Below, piece by piece: positions 18,000 through 27,817 of a stretch of 64,000 nucleotides of DNA (positions are counted from its first letter, which is position 1; every line of letters starts with the position of its first letter). A program made the translations under genes and the position numbers. The notes beneath the pieces were generated by a model. It saw only the letters and a list, made by a program, of their open reading frames with translations, did no database searches and had not been told where the DNA came from. This DNA comes from a virus: IMG/VR virus record IMGVR_UViG_3300048080_000243. One strand, given 5' to 3'.

Positions 18000-19883
18000 C
18001 TAAACTTTTGGGCTTGCGCGTCCCTCGGCCGACGAGCGCTTGCCCTGCCCGCCCGGAGTTACCCCCGGCACCTTCGTAATCGGCTGCGGTGCCTTGTGCG
18101 GGGTCGGAGCCTTGCCGCCACCGGCCGGGGCCTTACCGTTGACGCCGGTTTGCAGCTCCCACGTATCCGGGCTCACATCGTCCGACATGCCCGCAGCTTC
18201 GTCCGGCGTAAGTTCCGGCAACCGCTGGCGCAAAACTTCTTCTTGGGCGGCCTTGTTCGCAAGCTGGCGGTTCTGCTGGTACAACGGATCGACGACCGTT
18301 CCCTCTTCTTCTTGGATGCGCTTGACCTCACGCTCGGGATCGACACCCACAACTTCACACCACGAACGATAGCTGAGTTCCAGCTTGTCCCGCATTTGAC
18401 GATGGAACATCGACCGCTGAGGGTCTTCCACAAGCTGCAGGCGCGTCTTCCACTCAGCCTGCTTGGGAATGTCGAGTTCGCGATCCTTCCCCTTGACGCG
18501 AATGCCGTGGTCAAGCTCCGCCTTGGTCGGCCGGAAGAATCCGTGGTACAACGCCACCTGTTCGTACAGGTACTGGTTCCAGCCGAACACCTTCATGCGC
18601 TTAGCCTGATAACGGCCCTGCGTGATGGCGAAGGCCACGTTCGCCGTGGCATACGGCCCGCCATCCCCAAACATCGCGGCCGAACCATGAAGCGCGATCA
18701 ACACCCGGTCCTTGACGAACTCAAACTCCGGCACGATAGGCAAAAGCCGTCCGGCCGCACCTTCGAACGTAACGTTCACGCCCTTGTGCGTGACGATGGA
18801 GAACACCGGGTCGTGCGCCGCGTCCGACAGGAGCTTCCGGAAATCGTTCAGTTCTTCTTCGGACGGAATCCACTGATCGTCACCAAGCCGCCAGATTTCC
18901 TTCGGATAGATCTTCGAATCCGCGATGGCGTACTGGGCCTCACGAAGCTTGTCCTCGTAAAGCAGGTCCTTGAGTGCCCGGAGCAAGATCGGCGTTCCAC
19001 GGAGATCGTACGGCGAAGCTTTCCTCGCCACCTGCTTGATGTTGAACGGGTCGATGGGAATGGTCGAACCGTTCATCACGGCCCACACGATCACGGGGTC
19101 GAGGTTGGCCACGATCTCACGGTCGCGAGGGTCCTGCGAATGAACGAGCGCGTAGAGCAGTTCGTCCGGCTCGTACTCGATCTGCAGGTTGTCACCGTAC
19201 GCGAGCGGGTTGTCCCGAATGGTGATGTTGTCCGGATTGATCAACGCCACCTGATCGAAGAAGCCCATCTCCTCGTTGAAGTGGGCGTACGGGTAAGCTT
19301 CACCCAAAAGTTCCATCTCACGCGAAAGGTCAATGTTGACTTGGTCGAGTTTGATCGTCTCCCGCATGTGCTCAAACATCGTGAGCGCTTCTTTGCTATC
19401 CACGCCGACGAGTTCATACGCCGACATCGGGAACTCGCCGTTGAGATCAATCAGGTTGCCGACGATAGGGTGAAAGCGGTAGTAGTATCTGAGCCACTGA
19501 TTCAGAACTTTGTAATTGGTGGGTAAGTAGAAATTTATAATATTGAGCAGCGGGTTCCGGACTTCCGGTGCCGACACGGTCGTGCGGCCGGAGAAACCCG
19601 GAAGAGACGCCACGCCAAGATCCGTACCGCCACCGGGCCCAACGACACTGCCCGCCCCCGTGTTAGCGAGTTTCGTCCACGGATCGCCGAACTGCCCGAC
19701 CGACGAATGCTTGTGCCGGACGTAGCCGCCCGAACCGCCCTCGCGATTGTGCATACGAGGATATCGCCGGGTAACTTCCGCCATCTCCGTGCGCGAAGGC
19801 TCACGCACCACGGTCTTTCCGGCGGCCCGCTTTACGAGAAGCGGCTTACCTCGGTGATCGTATAGAACAGATTCACCCGGCAC
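18000..19883 (-). CDS. portal protein
   Basis: YYRFHPIVGNLIDL, LLGEAYP, INPDNITI, RKASPYDLRGTPILLRALKDL; position in the head module. Confidence 0.85.
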   Translation of the reverse strand: MPGESVLYDHRGKPLLVKRAAGKTVVREPSRTEMAEVTRRYPRMHNREGGSGGYVRHKHSSVGQFGDPWTKLANTGAGSVVGPGGGTDLGVASLPGFSGRTTVSAPEVRNPLLNIINFYLPTNYKVLNQWLRYYYRFHPIVGNLIDLNGEFPMSAYELVGVDSKEALTMFEHMRETIKLDQVNIDLSREMELLGEAYPYAHFNEEMGFFDQVALINPDNITIRDNPLAYGDNLQIEYEPDELLYALVHSQDPRDREIVANLDPVIVWAVMNGSTIPIDPFNIKQVARKASPYDLRGTPILLRALKDLLYEDKLREAQYAIADSKIYPKEIWRLGDDQWIPSEEELNDFRKLLSDAAHDPVFSIVTHKGVNVTFEGAAGRLLPIVPEFEFVKDRVLIALHGSAAMFGDGGPYATANVAFAITQGRYQAKRMKVFGWNQYLYEQVALYHGFFRPTKAELDHGIRVKGKDRELDIPKQAEWKTRLQLVEDPQRSMFHRQMRDKLELSYRSWCEVVGVDPEREVKRIQEEEGTVVDPLYQQNRQLANKAAQEEVLRQRLPELTPDEAAGMSDDVSPDTWELQTGVNGKAPAGGGKAPTPHKAPQPITKVPGVTPGGQGKRSSAEGRASPKV

Positions 19884-19892
19884 AGCGCAGTT

Positions 19893-21230
19893 CTATTTCT
19901 TCCCGCGCAGCTTGTGAATCTTCCAGGCCGTGCCGTATTGTTTGTCGGGCTCACCGGGGTACTGCTTCTTGAGCTTTCCCATCTCCTCCTCGGAGACGCT
20001 GGGCGGCTTCTTGCTCTTCCGCACCATCTGGTCGATCTCTTCGTTCATGGCCGTGATGTCGGCCATCGAAGCCGATGCACACAACGCGTCGAACGCAGCA
20101 TCGACGTTTTCCATGCTCTTGCTGTCGGCCGCGCTCTCCGTGTCGATCTTCTCGAAACGGCTCGTGTCCGGCGCAGACTCGTCTCTCTCCGGCCAGTCTT
20201 CAGGATCGACAGAAGCCGCCGCTACCGGTTCATCACCGCCGACGTGACCCTCTCCGGCCGAATCGCCAGTCTCGCCTTCGACCACTTCCCAGTGCGAAGG
20301 GTCGATGTCGAAAACATCCTCTTCGCCTTGGTGATGCACGATGGGATGCCCGGTCGAAGGATTGTGGCCGATGACTTCGACCTGTTCGGACGGATCTTCC
20401 TTCCGGCGCATGACCGTGCCTTCGGGCGGATCGCCGCCTTCGGCGGCACGCTTGCGGAGAGAAGAAGTTTTCTTCAACTTCTTCGAACTTAGAATGACTA
20501 ACTGCTTTGGTCCCATTGGATGCGGAAATGAAGTGGTAGGTCCATACTCACCCATGGCCATAGCATCGTCGTCCCAGGACACCATAACAGTGTCCGTATT
20601 TGGTCTTACTTCAACCACCTCGCCAGTCTTATTCTGGTCTGTGGTAAGAGCCACTTCATCCCCGACCCCGAAATCTTGGATGGTGTTGACAGCACGCTTC
20701 TGGAGAGAAGCTCCCTTGCGCTTCTTGATCCTAACAGGCGCGGGTGAATCTTCCGTGCCGGAACCATCTTCATATTTTACATCGACGCGGTTGCTCCATG
20801 CATCCACATTGGTGACAACAGCAGGCTTATCTCCATCCACAAGAACGTCATCTCCAACTTTGAACTGCAACGCCTCTACCTGATCAGCGGCATTCTTGCG
20901 AAGGGACGCCTTTCGCAGGTTGAACGGCTGGATCACCTGCTCACGGCCATCCTGCTTTTTGATCTTGATAAGCTCGCCGTCATCTTCGACAACTTGAGCC
21001 GTACCCTCGAAATAGTATCCCTCGGGTTCACTGGTGACTTTGTCACCAACAGAGAAAGCCGGGGCCCCCTCAGGATGGTAAGCTGTCTTTACACCGAGAC
21101 CGCTCGCCATGCCGGTAAGTTCTGGGTCGCTGCCCGAACCTTCAAGTCCGGCCGTCAGCGTCTTGAGGAAACCGTGATCGTCCAAAGTCTGGCCGGTCTC
21201 CGGGTCCACCGGACGTGAAAGCTTCGGCAT
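19893..21230 (-). CDS. modular internal-head protein candidate (4 SH3-like modules, SLxKxA linkers)
   Basis: GVKTA, ASLRKNA, ASLQKRA and SSLRKRA each precede an FxVGDxV-type module; C-terminal KQYGTAWK. Confidence 0.75.
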   Translation of the reverse strand: MPKLSRPVDPETGQTLDDHGFLKTLTAGLEGSGSDPELTGMASGLGVKTAYHPEGAPAFSVGDKVTSEPEGYYFEGTAQVVEDDGELIKIKKQDGREQVIQPFNLRKASLRKNAADQVEALQFKVGDDVLVDGDKPAVVTNVDAWSNRVDVKYEDGSGTEDSPAPVRIKKRKGASLQKRAVNTIQDFGVGDEVALTTDQNKTGEVVEVRPNTDTVMVSWDDDAMAMGEYGPTTSFPHPMGPKQLVILSSKKLKKTSSLRKRAAEGGDPPEGTVMRRKEDPSEQVEVIGHNPSTGHPIVHHQGEEDVFDIDPSHWEVVEGETGDSAGEGHVGGDEPVAAASVDPEDWPERDESAPDTSRFEKIDTESAADSKSMENVDAAFDALCASASMADITAMNEEIDQMVRKSKKPPSVSEEEMGKLKKQYPGEPDKQYGTAWKIHKLRGKK

Positions 21231-21231
21231 C

Positions 21232-21366
21232 CTACTCCTCCTCGACCGGCGGTTCGAACTGCTTGCCCTTACGGGGCCTTCGAACTTCCCGCTGGCAAAC
21301 GATACATCCCGGCTTTCGCCGGACCTCCATTGGACAACGGGGCCTTCGTCTTCGGAAGTTCGCCAC
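21232..21366 (-). CDS. small basic Cys-containing ORF (44 aa, not in the track)
   Basis: GTG-ANFRRRRPRCPMEVRRKPGCIVC...EEE fills the gap exactly. Confidence 0.4.
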   Translation of the reverse strand: MANFRRRRPRCPMEVRRKPGCIVCQREVRRPRKGKQFEPPVEEE

Positions 21367-21370
21367 CAGC

Positions 21371-21754
21371 TTAGGTGGTCAGGTAGGGAGCTTTCACCAC
21401 GCTCTCGTCCCGCCTGTCGCGGAACGTCCGGTTCCCGTCCGTCCGCGTGGCCGGAAGATCGCCGTTGTCGATCTTGCTTGTCCCGCCCGGATCGACCGCG
21501 CGGAACTGCCGAGGATCGCCGGACTCGACGCGATCCACGCGAGTCTTGGTGCCCGCGAGGATGGCCGTCTGATGCGTCCGCAGGTTCGGGTCCGGCTGCG
21601 AGCCGTTGCCCGGTGTCGCACGCTGTTCGAACACCGCGTTCGCGTGGTTCACCGCCTGCAGCTTCTGCTCGGAACCGAGCTGATTCCCGCCATCGCTGAT
21701 CGGAAACGCGGCCCCATTCTCGACCCTGTTGTTCTGCGCGTTGTAATCGGACAT
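21371..21754 (-). CDS. hypothetical head-region protein
   Basis: 127 aa, GAGGAGG RBS. Confidence 0.7.
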   Translation of the reverse strand: MSDYNAQNNRVENGAAFPISDGGNQLGSEQKLQAVNHANAVFEQRATPGNGSQPDPNLRTHQTAILAGTKTRVDRVESGDPRQFRAVDPGGTSKIDNGDLPATRTDGNRTFRDRRDESVVKAPYLTT

Positions 21755-21769
21755 GTGACCCTCCTCGGA

Positions 21770-24700
21770 TCAGTCGGGCAAGAATGCCCGCGTTGCGTTC
21801 GGTTCTTTGTTTCTGGCAAATGGATCAAATCGCCAATCGCTGGTCCCCAGCGCCGCCAACACACCCTTTTCATCCAAGGGGTAGCTGACACCGGTGGACA
21901 TCACGATCTCGGTCGGCTCAACCGGTTCGCCATCTTGGATGGGAACCTCGACCGAACCCACGATCTTGCGGTTCTGTCTCGGAGAGTCAAGATGAACGCG
22001 CCAGCGCACCGAACCATGGACGATTTTACCATCCTCATCCACATCACTGGCAAGAGTCTTCTCGATATGAGCGGCCTCGATGAATACCGCGCCCTTGAGT
22101 CGCCGGAAAGCAGCTTGCATGGTCGCCGAAGTATTCACGATGGCGTCCTCGGCCGACGCGAACAACTTCCGGCGCTGTTCATCCGGGAACTCTTGGGACG
22201 ACAGGACCGGGTAGTGCTGCGCCATGAGAACACTGTCCGTGCGGACTTGCTCCTGCGAACGAAGGAGGGACATGGCCATCTCTTCGGGAACCGAGACTTC
22301 GGTCTGGCGCGGAACCACGCGGCCGGAAGACGGATCGAAGCATTCCTCTTCGAGGATCTGCACGACCATCATCTTGGTGCCGTGCTCGTCATAGAAGATC
22401 CGGCCGACACCGTCGGCGGTCTTTTGGAGGGAAGCTTTGCTCATCTTCGCGAGCGGAATCCACTCGGGAGGCCCACCATCGTCGAGTTGAACATGGTAAA
22501 GAGGCACGTCTCCGGGCTGCACGTCCATCACGACACCCGTTTTGTCCCCCGTTGCCTTATGAACCACAACATGGTCACCGGCTTTCAAGGTGGCGGCCTG
22601 CTTGCGGAGAGAGCCGGTCCGCTTGAAGCCCGCCTCGAAGCCTTTGCGGAACTCGTCTTCGTTTTCTTCACCGACTTCTCGGTTGATACCCTGGGTGTAC
22701 CAAACCTCCGTCCAAGCATCTTCCACATTGGTGGACCCGCTCTGTGCCATCTCGCGACCGAAGTCTTCCCCATCCTTGAACATTCGCGACTTGGCCTGCT
22801 GACGGAGAGAAGCCCGCTTCTGCAGCGAGGCCATCTGGTACTCCTCGGGCGCTCGCTCCAAGTCGGAAATCTGTTCCTTCGACAGCATGGGGCCGCTCCC
22901 GTCGTCCCAGTCCACGACGGCACGCTCGCCGAGAACGTCCTTCACCACACCCAGTCCAGCATACATGCCGCTCGAACGGGACTTGTGGTGCACGACGTCG
23001 CCGGGCTTGATCTCGGCTTGTTTGCGAAGAGAAGCAAACCTGAACTGGATACCATCCCGACGCAACATTTCTTCAATATCTTCTCTATCGGCTTCGAGGT
23101 CCATCACATCCAGGGCGTTGACTCCCCTTTCGATATTTTCAATCCCGTTCTGGGTGAGAACCTTGACCGCCCGTTGCTTTTCCACATCGTTGTTGAACAG
23201 GATCTGGACGGCTTGTTTCTGGAGAGAGCCGATCGATCTCAGCTTCTTGAGGTACTTGCTCGACCAAAGATCGTCCGTGACCTGTCCAATGCCCGGAATG
23301 TTCACCGGCGTGTCAAGACGAACGCGGTACATCTTCGTACCACCGTCCATCTCGATTCCCTGAATCGTCCCGGTCTTGCCGTCAAACGCCCCGCCGAAGT
23401 CTCCCGGCTGGGAAATCTTGACGTCATCGCCATCTTGCAACGCCTGCTTCCGCATCGAAGCGATCTGCAGATTCCGCTTGATCTCGGCCGTGCGCGTCTC
23501 AATCTGAGACTTCTCGTGCTCGTGGAACGCACGCCCAGCTTCGCCCTCATTGGGGAACCCGGTCACTTCAATGGCCGCCTGTTCGGGGATGGTCTGGGAA
23601 AGGTCGGCAGTACGACGGGAAGAGACCTTTTTGATAACACCGTCACGGATCTCTCGGTCCAACTCTTCACGAGACATCGTGTGGCTTCGGCCATCGCCAC
23701 TGTCGTAAACCGTGATTTCATCCGAAGAAATCTTCTGAATGTGGAGTTTTACGCCCGCCTGATACGCTTCTTCAGGCAACACAACCTGAAATACATCGCC
23801 AACTGCGGGCAAGTCAGCGGCCGTCCGGCGAGAAGCAGCACGGCCCTGCATCCACCGCTGCGCCGCGTTGGTGAACCCTTCGGTGAAGCCTTGTTCCCAC
23901 CGGTCCAAGTCCTCCGGCGAGACAGACCGGTCGTAATAAATCGACCCGGCCATCTGCTGGTGGTGTTCGAGGACTTCACCAGCGATCTCACCGGCGTTAC
24001 CGCTCTTGATCCGGTCCAGATCGTGTTGGTCCATGTCGGACGGGATGAACGAGCTTTCGCCTTCGGACTTCCCGTTGTCCCGGTAGCCCGCCGTGCGGAA
24101 GCTGTACGAATGCGGAAGCCCCTGCGCCACGGCCTGCTCGATGGTCTCGATGTCGTGCCCGAACTCCTGATGGAACGGGATCTGCTGCGGAAACAGCGGC
24201 ATCTCGCACTTCACGCAGTAGTGTCCCATCGGCTGCTGTTGCTCTTGAGCGACGGCCGCGTCCGGGTTGTCGTCCATCGGAGCCTTGCCGGGGATCTCTT
24301 CGGTCTGCATCTCAGCGTCCGAAGAAGCCCGACGACGAGAACCTTCGACAATCTCCAGAGTGCCCGCGTCGATACCACGAGCGATGTCATCGTGGTCATA
24401 CGACCACGCGGCACCAGTCTGAGTTTTTGCCCAGACCATGTGTGCATCACTTTGGGTTACCGTCAACACACCAAGCTCCGGATGGTTCGCGTCGGTGAAC
24501 TTGGTCCCGACAGACACCGCACGCTTCTTGAGAGAAGCCGTGCGAAGAGGCCGCACAACAGGAGACGCCTTGCGCAAGTCGGCAAGCGGCTGCTCGCTGG
24601 TGGAACCATCCTGCCACTGCACCATCACTTGGTCGCCCTCGACGTCGAGCACGATCCCGCTGGTCTTGTCGTCGATGTCGCAGAGAACCGCATCGCCGGG

Positions 24701-25495
24701 CTGAAGGTCGGACGCCGCACTGATTCCCTGAACACCCGGAACGGCCGTGCCCGCACGGGGCTGGTCGGCGTCGAGTTGGGGTGCAGAATCGGGTTCGGCG
24801 GCCCCAATCTTGCGGATCTCGTTTTCAGCGACGTAGAAAGGCGGTTCGGTGTCGTAGGGCGGGTCGAACTGGACCATGTACTTCATCTTGCCAGAACGGT
24901 CATCGAACCGCTCTTCGGTGACGGTGCCCGAAAGCTGCCCGGCCCCCGGAGTGCGCGCCTTCATGGTGACTTTGTCGCCGCGCTGAAATACGGCCGTACG
25001 AACGGAGGACACCTTGCGCAAATCGTGATGGGTTATCCAGCCCTCTTTCCCATCGTCCGTCTTCAACCAGTACATGTTGCGGTTCTCTACCTCGTCGCGT
25101 TCCACCTTCTGAATCACGCCAGAACCACCCAAGGTGGTGCTGACGCGTTCACCCACCTTGTAATCGTCTGCGGCCGTACGCGTAACGCCCGTCGCCCGCA
25201 TCTCGGTCAGCTTCTGGTGCTGGTCCTTGAAGATGTCGCCGAGTTCACGGTCCACGTCCGACCCGTTGTCGTCGGAAAAGCGTTGCGGTTCTTTCACTTC
25301 GATGTACTCTTCGGCCGCAGACCCCAGAGCAGGTTCATTGACGGGACCGACGTGTCCGGTTGGCGATGGAACGAACTTCTTGCGACCGGGGGCATCAAGG
25401 GCATCGCCAAGTTCGGCCGTCGCCACGACTTCACGTCCCTCAGGGACGAACAAACCTCCGTCACTGCCCGGTCCCCAGTTTTCGTCAATGGACAT
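21770..25495 (-). CDS. 1241-aa modular polyprotein-like protein (internal head/core candidate)
   Basis: About 14 S-x-R/K-x-A linkers separating SH3-like, C2H2, alpha/beta and helical modules. Confidence 0.8.
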   Translation of the reverse strand: MSIDENWGPGSDGGLFVPEGREVVATAELGDALDAPGRKKFVPSPTGHVGPVNEPALGSAAEEYIEVKEPQRFSDDNGSDVDRELGDIFKDQHQKLTEMRATGVTRTAADDYKVGERVSTTLGGSGVIQKVERDEVENRNMYWLKTDDGKEGWITHHDLRKVSSVRTAVFQRGDKVTMKARTPGAGQLSGTVTEERFDDRSGKMKYMVQFDPPYDTEPPFYVAENEIRKIGAAEPDSAPQLDADQPRAGTAVPGVQGISAASDLQPGDAVLCDIDDKTSGIVLDVEGDQVMVQWQDGSTSEQPLADLRKASPVVRPLRTASLKKRAVSVGTKFTDANHPELGVLTVTQSDAHMVWAKTQTGAAWSYDHDDIARGIDAGTLEIVEGSRRRASSDAEMQTEEIPGKAPMDDNPDAAVAQEQQQPMGHYCVKCEMPLFPQQIPFHQEFGHDIETIEQAVAQGLPHSYSFRTAGYRDNGKSEGESSFIPSDMDQHDLDRIKSGNAGEIAGEVLEHHQQMAGSIYYDRSVSPEDLDRWEQGFTEGFTNAAQRWMQGRAASRRTAADLPAVGDVFQVVLPEEAYQAGVKLHIQKISSDEITVYDSGDGRSHTMSREELDREIRDGVIKKVSSRRTADLSQTIPEQAAIEVTGFPNEGEAGRAFHEHEKSQIETRTAEIKRNLQIASMRKQALQDGDDVKISQPGDFGGAFDGKTGTIQGIEMDGGTKMYRVRLDTPVNIPGIGQVTDDLWSSKYLKKLRSIGSLQKQAVQILFNNDVEKQRAVKVLTQNGIENIERGVNALDVMDLEADREDIEEMLRRDGIQFRFASLRKQAEIKPGDVVHHKSRSSGMYAGLGVVKDVLGERAVVDWDDGSGPMLSKEQISDLERAPEEYQMASLQKRASLRQQAKSRMFKDGEDFGREMAQSGSTNVEDAWTEVWYTQGINREVGEENEDEFRKGFEAGFKRTGSLRKQAATLKAGDHVVVHKATGDKTGVVMDVQPGDVPLYHVQLDDGGPPEWIPLAKMSKASLQKTADGVGRIFYDEHGTKMMVVQILEEECFDPSSGRVVPRQTEVSVPEEMAMSLLRSQEQVRTDSVLMAQHYPVLSSQEFPDEQRRKLFASAEDAIVNTSATMQAAFRRLKGAVFIEAAHIEKTLASDVDEDGKIVHGSVRWRVHLDSPRQNRKIVGSVEVPIQDGEPVEPTEIVMSTGVSYPLDEKGVLAALGTSDWRFDPFARNKEPNATRAFLPD

Positions 25496-25504
25496 GTCGG
25501 CTCC

Positions 25505-27808
25505 TTACTTCAAACCGGAGAACAGCGTGGACACAGGAACTTGCGACTGTTGAGCCGGGAAAATCTCCGTGAGTTCACCCGACCCGCAACAGTCGGTCTC
25601 AACGATGGTCTTGACGACACGCGGCTGGCCTGCGGCCGTGCGAAGAGAACTCACCTTGGTAAAGTTCCTACGAAGAGTAACCTCGCGAACAGTGAGATTT
25701 TCACCATGTATGCCGCCTGTGGCGTCCGCAAGATACGCTTCCCCGCCATCAGTCCACACAACTCGCCAAGTAGTTCCAACGTCAGCGTAGTTGGTAAGAC
25801 CGGCTGCTCCCTCACCCTTGGTCTTGCGCTCAGCCTTCACAATGTCACCGGCCCGGATGTCTTCACCAACGGCAACACGGAGCGAAGAAGTTTTTATTAC
25901 ACCGGTGCTTTTCAAGTAGTCTAAGACCGATTGCTTGAACCCGGAGCCTCTTTGGAAAAACCCCTGATCAATCATTTCTTGCACTTCTTCACCCGTAAAC
26001 TCCGCCATATTTTTGTTGGTGCTTTCATCTTCAACCCAAATCCCTTCGCCGGTATCAGAGGACATGGACTGAACAACGTATGGACCCCAACCAGCAGTAC
26101 GAACAGCAGCCGTAGGAGGGGTGTACAAAACGAGTCGTTCCGAAAAATGCGGCCACTCGTCCATTCCGTAACGAAGTCGCGTTCCATCTTCGGCCGCAAC
26201 TTCAACTCCGCTCGAATCAGCTCGGGTGACCTTCCACGTCTCGTGCGTGTCCACGTGCATCAACGTGTCGCCCTGCTTGGGCGTAGAGGACAACGCCGCA
26301 CGACGAGACGAACCAATCTTCTGCCACTCCCCCGACGTCAACTTTCGATTGATCTGATCGACGGTGTAAGCGTAGAAGATCGTGGGGCTCACGTCCTCCT
26401 CGATGACTTCGACGGTGTTCTGGTACGTGCGATGAACCGAATACGCACGGCCGTCTTCGGTCAGGTACGAGTCACCGACAGCCGGAACCGATTCACCCTG
26501 CACAATCTTCTCGCCGCCGCGTGAGTCGGCGTCCAACTCGGGTGCTTTCAGAGACTTTGGGCCACCCTCTTGAGCGCGGTCAGCCGTCTTCACGTTCGTA
26601 GGATAACACATCGACCCGCCTTTAGTGAATGAGGCCGCTTTCTCCGAACACTCCGGACACGGAACGAAGTGCCACCCGTCATCGCTCGGATGCTCGGCTT
26701 CAGCCTCTTCCCAAAGCTGTTTGAAGACGGGGTCCTGCTCACCCTCTTGGATGGGTACAACGCCCGTACCCTCACACTGGCCCGTACATCCATTCGGGGG
26801 CCCGAAGATATCGTAACGGTCGGTGAACACAAGCTCCACCGACGCCACACGGATCTTCGTTCGCTTTCGACTCGCCCACACCGTCCAACGCCCGCCTTTG
26901 GTGAAAGCAGGCGCAGCATTCGGAGTCGTCAAATCCGGGGTTTCCTTCGAAGGATCGTGCAACTTCCGACGCTTCGGCGCTTTGTCTTCATCTTCTTCGG
27001 CAATAGTCGTACTGTGGCTGTCATCCCCACTCTCCAACCCCGCGATGATCTGGTCCACATCTACCGACGCCCGCACGTTCTTGTTCTCCTGCAAGCCTTC
27101 CCAGAACGTGCGATCCGCCGGATCTTCGCCCTCTTCTTCTTGAAACCGGCGAGGACGAGACTGCTGTTCATGACGAAAGTCCAAAGGCGTATTGGTTGGT
27201 CCAACATCAGTCGGATACTCGTTCTGCAACGGCACTTCGTCGCCCATGTTGCCGGGTTCCGGCTTCTGTTTGCGAAGAGTAGGATGCCAGTCTTTCGGGG
27301 CACTCGTAGCAAACATGCCGATATCCTGATCACGGAAGTTGCGTTCCGAACCTGCACCCTTTGACGCCGGACCTCGCTCCGTGATGAGACCACTGTCCAC
27401 ATCTTGTTTCCATTTCGAACGAGTCCACTTCAAAGGCATCGACTTCAGATCTGACTTGTCGTGCTCGCCGATGACTTCCGCGTCGGTCACTTGTTTGACC
27501 GTGAACGGAAACTCGCTCAGCGCACCAAGATCGATATGCGTAAACCTCTCCCCCACCTTCGGGTCTTCGAGGCTCGCAAAGTCCAGCCACGACCCGGCCA
27601 TGCCCTTGTCGGGCACGCCATGCACGTACTGGTCGATGCCACTCTTCGCCTCGCCGTACCGCGTTTTGAACTCTTGGTACAGCAGGGGACGGATCTCTTT
27701 GCCGAACTCTAAAACGGCCGCCTCAGCAACGTCGGCGAACAGGACGTTGTCGGCGAGTTGCCGGTTTACAAAAGCCCGAACTTCGGCCGGATCGACGCTG
27801 TCGGCCAC
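25505..27808 (-). CDS. 767-aa modular polyprotein-like protein
   Basis: NVRA, IRVA, NVKTA, SSRRAA, VRTA, SSLRVA and SSLRTA linkers; SH3-like modules; CxxxCxGxG...CPxC. Confidence 0.8.
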   Translation of the reverse strand: MADSVDPAEVRAFVNRQLADNVLFADVAEAAVLEFGKEIRPLLYQEFKTRYGEAKSGIDQYVHGVPDKGMAGSWLDFASLEDPKVGERFTHIDLGALSEFPFTVKQVTDAEVIGEHDKSDLKSMPLKWTRSKWKQDVDSGLITERGPASKGAGSERNFRDQDIGMFATSAPKDWHPTLRKQKPEPGNMGDEVPLQNEYPTDVGPTNTPLDFRHEQQSRPRRFQEEEGEDPADRTFWEGLQENKNVRASVDVDQIIAGLESGDDSHSTTIAEEDEDKAPKRRKLHDPSKETPDLTTPNAAPAFTKGGRWTVWASRKRTKIRVASVELVFTDRYDIFGPPNGCTGQCEGTGVVPIQEGEQDPVFKQLWEEAEAEHPSDDGWHFVPCPECSEKAASFTKGGSMCYPTNVKTADRAQEGGPKSLKAPELDADSRGGEKIVQGESVPAVGDSYLTEDGRAYSVHRTYQNTVEVIEEDVSPTIFYAYTVDQINRKLTSGEWQKIGSSRRAALSSTPKQGDTLMHVDTHETWKVTRADSSGVEVAAEDGTRLRYGMDEWPHFSERLVLYTPPTAAVRTAGWGPYVVQSMSSDTGEGIWVEDESTNKNMAEFTGEEVQEMIDQGFFQRGSGFKQSVLDYLKSTGVIKTSSLRVAVGEDIRAGDIVKAERKTKGEGAAGLTNYADVGTTWRVVWTDGGEAYLADATGGIHGENLTVREVTLRRNFTKVSSLRTAAGQPRVVKTIVETDCCGSGELTEIFPAQQSQVPVSTLFSGLK

Positions 27809-27817
27809 ACGATACCC

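Noticed and set aside
21215-25924. 1569-aa plus-strand ORF, and similar long plus-strand ORFs (10458-12299, 27758-29200, 37480-39048, 53561-54967, 55582-57003, 57538-59943)
   Set aside because: These are antisense shadows of real high-GC minus-strand genes; they have no motifs or RBS and their composition is R/L/H-rich nonsense
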